Shown one piece after another: positions 52,278 to 64,000 of a stretch of 64,000 bases of DNA. Source of the stretch: Escherichia coli (lineage in GTDB: Bacteria; Pseudomonadota; Gammaproteobacteria; Enterobacterales; Enterobacteriaceae); NCBI RefSeq assembly GCF_051903065.1, contig NZ_CP178438.1; one strand, given 5' to 3'. How positions within the stretch are numbered: position 1 is the stretch's first letter; each line of letters starts with the position of its first letter. Below the pieces are notes generated by a model. The model was not told the DNA's origin. It worked only from the letters and a program-made list of their open reading frames with translations, and searched no databases. Both the position numbers and the translations under genes were made by a program.

Positions 52278-53279
52278 ATGATTGATACCACCCTGCCATT
52301 AACTGATATCCATCGCCACCTTGATGGCAACATTCGTCCCCAGACCATTCTTGAACTTGGCCGCCAGTATAATATCTCGCTTCCTGCACAATCCCTGGAA
52401 ACACTGATTCCCCACGTTCAGGTCATTGCCAACGAACCCGATCTGGTGAGCTTTCTGACCAAACTTGACTGGGGCGTTAAAGTTCTCGCCTCTCTTGATG
52501 CTTGTCGCCGCGTGGCATTTGAAAACATTGAAGATGCAGCCCGTCACGGCCTGCACTATGTCGAGCTGCGTTTTTCACCAGGCTACATGGCAATGGCACA
52601 TCAGCTGCCTGTTGCAGGTGTTGTTGAAGCGGTGATCGATGGCGTACGTGAAGGTTGCCGCACCTTTGGTGTGCAGGCGAAGCTTATCGGCATTATGAGC
52701 CGAACCTTCGGCGAAGCCGCCTGTCAGCAAGAGCTGGAGGCCTTTTTAGCCCACCGTGACCAGATTACCGCACTTGATTTAGCCGGTGATGAACTTGGTT
52801 TCCCGGGAAGTCTGTTTCTTTCTCACTTCAACCGCGCGCGTGATGCGGGCTGGCATATTACCGTCCATGCAGGCGAAGCTGCCGGGCCGGAAAGCATCTG
52901 GCAGGCGATTCGTGAACTGGGTGCGGAGCGTATTGGACATGGCGTAAAAGCCATTGAAGATCGGGCGCTGATGGATTTTCTCGCCGAGCAACAAATTGGT
53001 ATTGAATCCTGTCTGACCTCCAATATTCAGACCAGCACCGTGGCTGAGCTGGCTGCACATCCGCTGAAAACGTTCCTTGATCATGGCATTCGTGCCAGCA
53101 TTAACACTGACGATCCCGGCGTACAGGGAGTGGATATCATTCACGAATATACCGTTGCCGCGCCAGCTGCTGGGTTATCCCGCGAGCAAATCCGCCAGGC
53201 ACAGATTAATGGTCTGGAAATGGCTTTCCTCAACGCTGAGGAAAAACGCGCTCTGCGAGAAAAAGTTGCAGCGAAGTAA
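52278..53279 (+). CDS. add: adenosine deaminase
   Basis: 333 aa, [21 protein letters not shown]…. Confidence 0.95.
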   Translation: MIDTTLPLTDIHRHLDGNIRPQTILELGRQYNISLPAQSLETLIPHVQVIANEPDLVSFLTKLDWGVKVLASLDACRRVAFENIEDAARHGLHYVELRFSPGYMAMAHQLPVAGVVEAVIDGVREGCRTFGVQAKLIGIMSRTFGEAACQQELEAFLAHRDQITALDLAGDELGFPGSLFLSHFNRARDAGWHITVHAGEAAGPESIWQAIRELGAERIGHGVKAIEDRALMDFLAEQQIGIESCLTSNIQTSTVAELAAHPLKTFLDHGIRASINTDDPGVQGVDIIHEYTVAAPAAGLSREQIRQAQINGLEMAFLNAEEKRALREKVAAK

Positions 53280-53285
53280 CAAAAA

Positions 53286-53316
53286 TGGATGGTGCAAATT
53301 GCACCATCCCCTTTTC
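53286..53316. terminator. hairpin terminator between convergent add and ydgJ
   Basis: ggatggtgcaa-a-ttgcaccatcc followed by ccttttc. Confidence 0.6.
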
Positions 53317-54355
53317 ACGCAAGGCACAAAGTCGCGCGATGTTTGGCGGATTCGATGCCCAGCTCAATCAACTCCATTACCTGGATTGCCTGGCTTGCCG
53401 GAACCGGATTTTCACCATCGCCATTTAATGCATCACGAATAGCCGCATAGTAAGCCGGATAATTCCCAGGCACCGTCAACAGCGTTTCTTCGACACGTTC
53501 CTCACCTTCCACGCGGGTAAGTACACCATCACGCATATCGTAGCCCCAGTCTTCCTGCGGCAGACGCTCGCCATTTTTCAGACGTTCTTCCTGTGGATCG
53601 AGGCCATATTTCACATAACTGCCTCGGGAGCCATGCACGATATAACGTGCTGACTCAGCGGCTGCCAGCATGGTACCGTGTAAAATGACTCGCCGCTGCG
53701 GATAGGACAAGATGGCGTGGAAATAATCGGTCGACTGCGCTCCGGGCCGTAACTGTGCCAAATCTACCGTCATGCTGACCGGTAAACCAAATAGCGTAAT
53801 GGCCTGATCAAGAAGATGTGGTGCTAAATCGTACCAGATACCGCTGCCTGGGCCGCCCTGTTCACGCCAACGATCGCGCACCTGCGGACGGAAGCGGTCA
53901 AAATGAGACTCAAAGTAAGCAACTTCACCCAGCACGCCTTCCGCGAGCAAACCTTTTAGCGTCAAGAAATCGCTATCCCAACGACGGTTATGGAATACAG
54001 ACAGCACACGCCCCAGGCTTTTTGCCAGCGCATCCAGCTCTCGCGCTTGTGACAGTGTCACGGTAAAGGGTTTATCAACGACCACATGTTTACCCGCCTC
54101 AAGCGCTGCTTTGGCTAACGGGAAATGGGTATCGTTGGGTGTAGGAATGACAATCAGGTCTATGTTGGGATCGTTAAACAGATGCTTCGGCTCAGAGACA
54201 ACCGTAACCGTTGGCCAGTCGGCTTTTACTTTTGTTTCATCGCTGCTGGAGATTACCGCCAGTTCCAGCCCGGGCGTGCCCGCAATCAGGGGCGCATGGA
54301 AGGTTTTGCTCGCATAACCATACCCAATCAACCCAACACGGATGTTGTCGCTCAT
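53315..54355 (-). CDS. ydgJ: Gfo/Idh/MocA-family NAD(P)-dependent oxidoreductase
   Basis: Start at MSDNIRVGLIGYGYASKTFHAPLI (Rossmann); 346 aa. Confidence 0.9.
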   Translation of the reverse strand: MSDNIRVGLIGYGYASKTFHAPLIAGTPGLELAVISSSDETKVKADWPTVTVVSEPKHLFNDPNIDLIVIPTPNDTHFPLAKAALEAGKHVVVDKPFTVTLSQARELDALAKSLGRVLSVFHNRRWDSDFLTLKGLLAEGVLGEVAYFESHFDRFRPQVRDRWREQGGPGSGIWYDLAPHLLDQAITLFGLPVSMTVDLAQLRPGAQSTDYFHAILSYPQRRVILHGTMLAAAESARYIVHGSRGSYVKYGLDPQEERLKNGERLPQEDWGYDMRDGVLTRVEGEERVEETLLTVPGNYPAYYAAIRDALNGDGENPVPASQAIQVMELIELGIESAKHRATLCLA

Positions 54356-54597
54356 GTCATTGCCTCTCATTGAAGTATGATGGCTATTTGACACTATCCT
54401 TTACCCTCGCTCAACAGTTTAATAACCTGCCAGCAATAAGGTATGTTGTTTAACTTAAGTCAAAAAAATAGCGAATTTTCCAACGACAAAAGCTAAATAT
54501 CGCAAAAACCTCAGTAAAAATCTTGCTGGAGCTATTATTGCTAAGTAACATTTACCCCCTGAAGTTAATGGATCAATCAACAGAGATGTGAGTTGTA

Positions 54598-54723
54598 ATG
54601 AATCGTCTTATTGAATTAACAGGTTGGATCGTTCTTGTCGTTTCAGTCATTCTTCTTGGCGTGGCGAGTCACATTGACAACTATCAGCCACCTGAACAGA
54701 GTACTACGGTACAACACAAGTAA
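54598..54723 (+). CDS. blr: small membrane protein, 41 aa (divisome-associated; affects beta-lactam resistance)
   Basis: ATG at 54598: MNRLIELTGWIVLVVSVILLGVASHIDNYQPPEQSTTVQHK*. Below the track cutoff. Confidence 0.7.
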   Translation: MNRLIELTGWIVLVVSVILLGVASHIDNYQPPEQSTTVQHK

Positions 54724-54995
54724 GCTCTGCGCTTGTAGAGCGACATGCTGCCCGTCCGGGTGCATGTTTTCACTTGTCGGATATTAAACCAGGAATTTAT
54801 TATCTTGTTCGGTGTTGTTGGTGATTGTCAGGGATAGTAAAGCGCGTTACTCTTTTCATAGCAGTTTTTCATCCCTGAATATTTGCCATCAGCGCATTCT
54901 TATTATTGTAATAACACAAGCGTTCACTTTTGGTGAAATTTTATCATCACTAATAATACCTACCCCTTTGGTATTAATTATTTTATGGACCTTTT

Positions 54996-55211
54996 ATGAC
55001 TGTTCAGGACTACTTATTAAAATTTCGCAAAATCAGTTCACTCGAAAGTCTGGAAAAACTCTACGACCATCTTAATTACACCCTGACGGATGATCAGGAA
55101 CTGATCAATATGTATCGTGCTGCCGATCACCGTCGCGCAGAGCTGGTTTCTGGCGGGCGTTTGTTTGACCTCGGCCAGGTACCGAAGTCCGTCTGGCACT
55201 ATGTTCAATAA
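54996..55211 (+). CDS. cnu: Hha/YmoA-family nucleoid-associated protein (oriC-binding, H-NS partner)
   Basis: 71 aa, [26 protein letters not shown]…. Confidence 0.9.
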
Positions 55212-55296
55212 AGAAAGTAGCGATCGGTTATAAAAGCCTTATAATAACGCCCCTAAAATTAGATTTGCCTGTTTGCGTCGCTATTCTGGAGAACCT

Positions 55297-55737
55297 ATGA
55301 CCACCACAACGCCACAACGTATTGGAGGCTGGTTGCTTGGCCCGTTGGCCTGGCTTTTAGTCGCTCTGTTAAGTACGACGCTGGCGTTGTTGCTGTATAC
55401 CGCTGCGTTATCTTCTCCGCAAACATTTCAAACGCTCGGCGCACAAGCACTGACGACACAAATCTTATGGGGCGTTTCTTTTATTACTGCTATCGCCATG
55501 TGGTATTACACACTGTGGTTGACCATCGCTTTCTTTAAACGTCGGCGTTGTGTTCCTAAACACTATATTATCTGGCTGCTTATTTCCGTATTGCTGGCAG
55601 TAAAAGCGTTCGCTTTTTCACCCGTGGAAGATGGCATAGCCGTTCGCCAGTTGCTGTTTACTTTGTTGGCAACCGCATTGATCGTCCCCTATTTCAAACG
55701 CTCGTCGCGGGTGAAAGCGACGTTTGTGAATCCGTAA
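55297..55737 (+). CDS. ydgK: inner-membrane protein of unknown function
   Basis: Start at MTTTTPQRIGGWLLGP; 146 aa. Confidence 0.8.
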   Translation: MTTTTPQRIGGWLLGPLAWLLVALLSTTLALLLYTAALSSPQTFQTLGAQALTTQILWGVSFITAIAMWYYTLWLTIAFFKRRRCVPKHYIIWLLISVLLAVKAFAFSPVEDGIAVRQLLFTLLATALIVPYFKRSSRVKATFVNP

Positions 55738-55813
55738 TAACCTTACAGTTAACCTGTTGTCGCCTGCTCTGGATTAACGGATAATAGGCGGCTTTTTTAT
55801 TTCAGGCCGAAAA

Positions 55814-56394
55814 ATGACTGACTACCTGTTACTGTTTGTTGGAACTGTACTGGTCAATAACTTTGTACTGGTCAAGTTTCTCGGTCTCTGTCCGTTTATG
55901 GGAGTTTCCAAAAAGCTGGAAACCGCGATGGGCATGGGGCTGGCAACAACGTTTGTGATGACGCTGGCGTCTATTTGCGCCTGGCTTATCGATACGTGGA
56001 TTTTGATCCCACTTAATCTGATTTACCTGCGCACCCTGGCATTTATTCTGGTGATTGCTGTGGTCGTGCAGTTCACCGAGATGGTGGTGCGCAAAACCAG
56101 CCCGGTGCTTTACCGTTTGCTGGGGATTTTTTTGCCGCTTATCACCACCAACTGTGCCGTGCTCGGCGTGGCGTTGCTGAATATCAATCTCGGGCACAAT
56201 TTCTTGCAGTCGGCGCTGTACGGTTTTTCCGCCGCTGTCGGTTTTTCGCTGGTGATGGTTCTCTTCGCAGCCATCCGCGAACGCCTTGCTGTGGCTGATG
56301 TCCCGGCACCTTTTCGCGGTAATGCCATTGCGTTAATTACCGCAGGTCTTATGTCTCTGGCCTTTATGGGCTTTAGTGGTTTGGTGAAGTTGTA

Positions 56395-56395
<1 letters not shown>
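55814..56395 (+). CDS. rsxA: Rnf/Rsx ion-translocating oxidoreductase subunit A
   Basis: 193 aa, polytopic; first gene of the rsx operon. Confidence 0.95.
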
Positions 56396-59284
<2,889 letters not shown>

Positions 59285-60343
59285 ATGGTATTCAGAATAG
59301 CTAGCTCCCCTTATACCCATAACCAGCGCCAGACATCGCGCATTATGCTGTTGGTGTTGCTCGCAGCCGTGCCAGGAATCGCAGCGCAACTGTGGTTTTT
59401 TGGTTGGGGTACTCTCGTTCAGATCCTGTTGGCGTCGGTCAGTGCTCTGTTAGCCGAAGCTCTCGTACTCAAACTACGCAAACAGTCGGTAGCCGCCACG
59501 TTGAAAGATAACTCAGCATTGCTGACAGGCTTATTGCTGGCGGTAAGTATTCCCCCCCTCGCGCCATGGTGGATGGTCGTGCTGGGTACGGTGTTTGCGG
59601 TGATCATCGCTAAACAGTTGTATGGCGGTCTGGGGCAAAACCCGTTTAATCCGGCAATGATTGGTTATGTGGTCTTACTGATCTCCTTCCCGGTGCAGAT
59701 GACCAGCTGGTTACCGCCACATGAAATTGCGGTCAACATCCCTGGTTTTATCGACGCCATCCAGGTTATTTTCAGCGGTCATACCGCCAGTGGTGGTGAT
59801 ATGAACACGCTACGCTTAGGTATTGATGGCATTAGTCAGGCGACACCGCTGGATACATTTAAAACCTCTGTCCGTGCCGGTCATTCGGTTGAACAGATTA
59901 TGCAATATCCGATCTACAGCGGTATTCTGGCGGGCGCTGGTTGGCAATGGGTAAATCTCGCCTGGCTGGCTGGCGGCGTATGGTTGCTATGGCAGAAAGC
60001 GATTCGCTGGCATATTCCCCTCAGCTTCTTAGTAACGCTGGCGTTATGCGCAACGTTGGGCTGGTTGTTCTCACCAGAAACACTGGCAGCACCGCAAATT
60101 CATCTGCTGTCTGGAGCGACCATGCTCGGCGCATTCTTTATTTTGACTGACCCGGTTACCGCTTCTACGACCAATCGTGGTCGTCTTATTTTCGGCGCGC
60201 TTGCGGGCTTATTAGTCTGGTTGATCCGCAGTTTCGGCGGCTATCCTGACGGCGTGGCTTTTGCCGTCCTGCTGGCGAACATCACGGTTCCTCTGATCGA
60301 TTACTACACGCGTCCGCGCGTCTACGGCCATCGCAAAGGGTAA
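59285..60343 (+). CDS. rsxD: Rnf/Rsx subunit D
   Basis: 352 aa, polytopic; ATG directly follows the rsxC stop. Confidence 0.95.
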   Translation: MVFRIASSPYTHNQRQTSRIMLLVLLAAVPGIAAQLWFFGWGTLVQILLASVSALLAEALVLKLRKQSVAATLKDNSALLTGLLLAVSIPPLAPWWMVVLGTVFAVIIAKQLYGGLGQNPFNPAMIGYVVLLISFPVQMTSWLPPHEIAVNIPGFIDAIQVIFSGHTASGGDMNTLRLGIDGISQATPLDTFKTSVRAGHSVEQIMQYPIYSGILAGAGWQWVNLAWLAGGVWLLWQKAIRWHIPLSFLVTLALCATLGWLFSPETLAAPQIHLLSGATMLGAFFILTDPVTASTTNRGRLIFGALAGLLVWLIRSFGGYPDGVAFAVLLANITVPLIDYYTRPRVYGHRKG

Positions 60344-60346
60344 ACC

Positions 60347-60967
60347 ATGCTGAAAACTATCCGAAAACACGGCATTACGTTAGCGCTATTTGCAGCGGGT
60401 TCAACAGGGTTAACTGCGGCCATCAACCAGATGACCAAAACGACGATTGCTGAACAGGCCAGTCTGCAACAAAAGGCGTTATTTGATCAGGTGCTGCCAG
60501 CCGAACGCTATAACAATGCGCTGGCACAGAGTTGCTATCTGGTAACTGCGCCAGAGTTAGGTAAAGGTGAGCATCGGGTTTACATCGCCAAACAGGATGA
60601 CAAACCGGTAGCCGCCGTTCTGGAAGCAACCGCGCCAGATGGCTATTCCGGTGCGATTCAGCTGCTGGTGGGAGCCGATTTTAACGGCACGGTACTTGGT
60701 ACGCGCGTGACAGAGCACCACGAAACGCCAGGGCTTGGCGATAAAATCGAACTGCGCCTTTCTGACTGGATCACCCATTTTGCGGGTAAAAAAATCAGTG
60801 GTGCGGATGATGCGCACTGGGCGGTGAAGAAAGATGGTGGTGATTTCGACCAGTTCACCGGCGCGACGATTACTCCCCGCGCGGTGGTTAATGCGGTAAA
60901 ACGCGCCGGATTGTACGCTCAGACGTTACCGGCACAACTTTCTCAACTTCCTGCCTGTGGAGAATAA
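60347..60967 (+). CDS. rsxG: Rnf/Rsx subunit G (FMN-binding)
   Basis: 206 aa. Confidence 0.95.
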   Translation: MLKTIRKHGITLALFAAGSTGLTAAINQMTKTTIAEQASLQQKALFDQVLPAERYNNALAQSCYLVTAPELGKGEHRVYIAKQDDKPVAAVLEATAPDGYSGAIQLLVGADFNGTVLGTRVTEHHETPGLGDKIELRLSDWITHFAGKKISGADDAHWAVKKDGGDFDQFTGATITPRAVVNAVKRAGLYAQTLPAQLSQLPACGE

Positions 60968-60970
60968 AGC

Positions 60971-61666
60971 GTGAGCGAAATTAAAGACGTTATTGTTCAG
61001 GGGTTGTGGAAAAACAACTCTGCGCTGGTCCAGTTGCTCGGCCTTTGTCCTCTGTTGGCGGTCACGTCCACTGCCACTAACGCTCTGGGTTTAGGACTTG
61101 CGACTACGCTGGTACTGACGCTGACCAACCTGACCATTTCGACGCTGCGTCACTGGACGCCAGCCGAGATCCGCATTCCCATTTACGTGATGATCATCGC
61201 CTCGGTGGTCAGCGCTGTACAGATGCTGATCAACGCCTACGCCTTTGGCCTGTATCAATCATTAGGGATTTTTATTCCGCTGATTGTCACTAACTGTATC
61301 GTTGTGGGCCGCGCTGAAGCCTTCGCCGCCAAAAAAGGTCCGGCGCTTTCGGCACTGGACGGCTTTTCAATTGGTATGGGCGCAACCTGCGCTATGTTCG
61401 TGCTGGGTTCACTACGCGAAATTATCGGCAATGGCACATTGTTTGACGGTGCAGATGCGCTGTTAGGTAGCTGGGCAAAAGTATTACGCGTGGAGATTTT
61501 CCACACCGACTCCCCTTTCCTGCTGGCGATGCTGCCACCAGGTGCATTTATTGGCCTGGGACTGATGCTGGCAGGAAAATACCTGATTGATGAAAGAATG
61601 AAAAAGCGCCGTACTGAAGCAGCTGCCGAACGTGCATTGCCAAACGGTGAAACAGGGAATGTCTGA
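60971..61666 (+). CDS. rsxE: Rnf/Rsx subunit E
   Basis: 231 aa; paralogous to rsxA. Confidence 0.95.
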
Positions 61667-62301
61667 TGAACAAAGCAAAACGCCTGGAGATCCTCACTCG
61701 CCTGCGTGAGAACAATCCTCATCCCACCACCGAGCTTAATTTCAGTTCGCCTTTTGAATTGCTGATTGCCGTACTGCTTTCCGCTCAGGCGACCGATGTC
61801 AGTGTTAATAAGGCGACGGCGAAACTCTACCCGGTGGCGAATACGCCTGCAACGATGCTTGAACTGGGCGTTGAAGGGGTGAAAACCTATATCAAAACGA
61901 TTGGGCTTTATAACAGCAAAGCAGAAAATATCATCAAAACCTGCCGTATCTTACTGGAGCAGCATAATGGCGAGGTTCCGGAAGATCGTGCTGCGCTTGA
62001 AGCCCTGCCCGGCGTAGGTCGTAAAACAGCCAACGTCGTATTAAACACTGCATTCGGCTGGCCGACTATTGCTGTCGACACGCACATTTTCCGCGTTTGT
62101 AATCGTACTCAATTTGCGCTGGGGAAAAACGTCGAACAGGTAGAAGAAAAGCTACTGAAAGTGGTTCCGGCAGAGTTTAAAGTCGACTGCCACCATTGGT
62201 TGATCCTGCACGGGCGTTATACCTGCATTGCCCGCAAGCCCCGCTGTCGCTCTTGTATTATTGAAGATCTTTGTGAATACAAAGAGAAAGTTGACATCTG
62301 A
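61666..62301 (+). CDS. nth: endonuclease III (DNA glycosylase/AP lyase, 4Fe-4S)
   Basis: 211 aa; HhH-GPD (LPGVGRKTANVVL) and C-terminal CX6CX2CX5C; 1-nt overlap with the rsxE stop. Confidence 0.95.
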   Translation: MNKAKRLEILTRLRENNPHPTTELNFSSPFELLIAVLLSAQATDVSVNKATAKLYPVANTPATMLELGVEGVKTYIKTIGLYNSKAENIIKTCRILLEQHNGEVPEDRAALEALPGVGRKTANVVLNTAFGWPTIAVDTHIFRVCNRTQFALGKNVEQVEEKLLKVVPAEFKVDCHHWLILHGRYTCIARKPRCRSCIIEDLCEYKEKVDI

Positions 62302-62307
62302 AGAAAA

Positions 62308-62340
62308 GGGGTAACACCGATTACCCCATTGATAACCTTT
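62308..62340 (+). terminator. stem-loop downstream of nth
   Basis: ggggtaa-caccga-ttacccc followed by a T-rich stretch. Confidence 0.45.
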
Positions 62341-62911
62341 CTTTATCCTCTTTTAAAACATCTTTTTAACGTCAATGATGCCATTGCTTAGCGTTATCAT
62401 CAGGTAATCCGTTTGCGGATAACCAAAAATGCAGGTTAATTGTTTTTTTAATAGCGAAATTTTCTATTCATTCGTGATCAAGATCACGATGCTGTGGCAA
62501 TGTAAAAACATTGCAAGAATCAGGTTAAAATCATTTAAATTTACACACGCAACAAATATTGACCTACAAAACATTACACTGGCTATTTTTCAGAAACTGG
62601 ACTATCTCACTAGGAAAAACGCTAAATAGCAGAACATATCGCCGTCAAGCCATCATCCCCCTCTCAATGCAGTGAAAAAATCTGCCGTTACGTTTTTTGA
62701 AAAATTTAACGCTGGATAACATTTCCCGGAATGGTTGAATTCCCCGCCTCAGTTATATGTAACAGATTATTACAAAGGACTTGTCTGAAAGTGCAAGATA
62801 GTGAACATTACCTGCCGTTTCCCCTCCCACTATAACAATTGCGCGTATGTTTTTTAGACATAACGCGAGAAAGCACCCCCGTTAATATGGGATGTAAAAA
62901 AAGAGGTAAAA

Positions 62912-64000
62912 GTGTCCACTGCAAACCAAAAACCAACTGAAAGCGTCAGTTTGAACGCTTTCAAACAACCGAAGGCGTTCTATCTCATCTTCTCGATTGA
63001 GTTATGGGAACGTTTTGGTTATTACGGCCTACAAGGAATTATGGCTGTTTACCTGGTTAAACAACTGGGTATGTCTGAAGCGGATTCAATCACCCTTTTC
63101 TCTTCCTTTAGTGCCCTGGTTTATGGTCTGGTCGCTATCGGCGGCTGGTTAGGTGACAAGGTACTGGGTACTAAACGCGTAATTATGCTTGGCGCTGTTG
63201 TGCTGGCGATTGGTTATGCTCTGGTTGCCTGGTCTGGTCACGACGCCGGTATCGTTTATATGGGTATGGCGGCTATTGCGGTCGGTAACGGCCTGTTTAA
63301 GGCTAACCCGTCTTCTCTGCTTTCTACATGCTATGAGAAAAACGACCCGCGTCTGGACGGTGCATTCACCATGTACTACATGTCCGTCAACATCGGCTCT
63401 TTCTTCTCTATGATTGCTACGCCGTGGCTGGCCGCGAAATACGGCTGGAGCGTTGCGTTTGCATTGAGCGTTGTAGGCCTGCTGATCACTATCGTTAACT
63501 TCGCCTTCTGCCAACGCTGGGTTAAACAGTACGGTTCAAAACCAGACTTCGAGCCTATCAACTACCGTAACCTGCTGCTGACCATTATTGGTGTTGTGGC
63601 ACTGATCGCTATCGCCACCTGGCTGCTGCACAATCAGGAAGTTGCGCGTATGGCGCTGGGCGTTGTTGCCTTTGGTATCGTGGTTATCTTCGGTAAAGAA
63701 GCCTTCGCGATGAAAGGTGCTGCGCGTCGTAAAATGATCGTTGCCTTCATCCTGATGCTCGAAGCCATTATCTTCTTCGTGCTGTACAGCCAGATGCCAA
63801 CGTCACTGAACTTCTTTGCGATTCGTAACGTTGAACACACCATTCTGGGCCTGGCCGTAGAACCTGAGCAGTATCAGGCACTGAACCCGTTCTGGATCAT
63901 CATTGGTAGCCCGATTCTGGCCGCTATCTATAACAAGATGGGCGATACCCTGCCGATGCCAACCAAGTTTGCAATCGGTATGGTGATGTGTTCTGGTGCG
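62912..64000 (+). CDS. dtpA: POT/PTR2-family di/tripeptide:H+ symporter (5' part; continues beyond the window)
   Basis: GTG start at 62912: [48 protein letters not shown]… (POT signature). No stop before the window end. Confidence 0.9.
   Translation, partial: MSTANQKPTESVSLNAFKQPKAFYLIFSIELWERFGYYGLQGIMAVYLVKQLGMSEADSITLFSSFSALVYGLVAIGGWLGDKVLGTKRVIMLGAVVLAIGYALVAWSGHDAGIVYMGMAAIAVGNGLFKANPSSLLSTCYEKNDPRLDGAFTMYYMSVNIGSFFSMIATPWLAAKYGWSVAFALSVVGLLITIVNFAFCQRWVKQYGSKPDFEPINYRNLLLTIIGVVALIAIATWLLHNQEVARMALGVVAFGIVVIFGKEAFAMKGAARRKMIVAFILMLEAIIFFVLYSQMPTSLNFFAIRNVEHTILGLAVEPEQYQALNPFWIIIGSPILAAIYNKMGDTLPMPTKFAIGMVMCSGA

Overview
This window reads as a conserved Escherichia coli K-12-like chromosomal segment, recognised from the translated ORFs and known gene order (no search was run). 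It runs from the decayed right end of a cryptic lambdoid prophage (Qin-like: ydfA'-ydfB-ydfC-dicF-dicB'-IS1-intQ') through rspBA, ynfABCD/speG, the ynfEFGH-dmsD selenate/DMSO-reductase-like operon, clcB, ynfK(bioD2), mlc, ynfLM, asr, ydgU, ydgD, mdtJI, tqsA, pntAB, ydgH, ydgI, folM, ydgC, rstAB, TerB-tus, fumCA, manA, ydgA, uidRABC, hdhA, malIXY, add, ydgJ, blr, cnu, ydgK, rsxABCDGE-nth and the 5' part of dtpA. I found no rRNA, tRNA or CRISPR array. I also see no compact island of unrecognised genes, so I cannot support a novel defence or mobile system here. The two most notable features are an IS1 copy that truncates dicB after codon 8 and abuts an integrase fragment with no target-site duplication, and an array of six near-perfect 96-bp in-frame tandem repeats in rsxC. 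Gene starts were adjusted from the six-frame track where the known N-terminus begins at an internal Met or GTG. Regulatory sites are motif-based calls without experimental support from this sequence alone.
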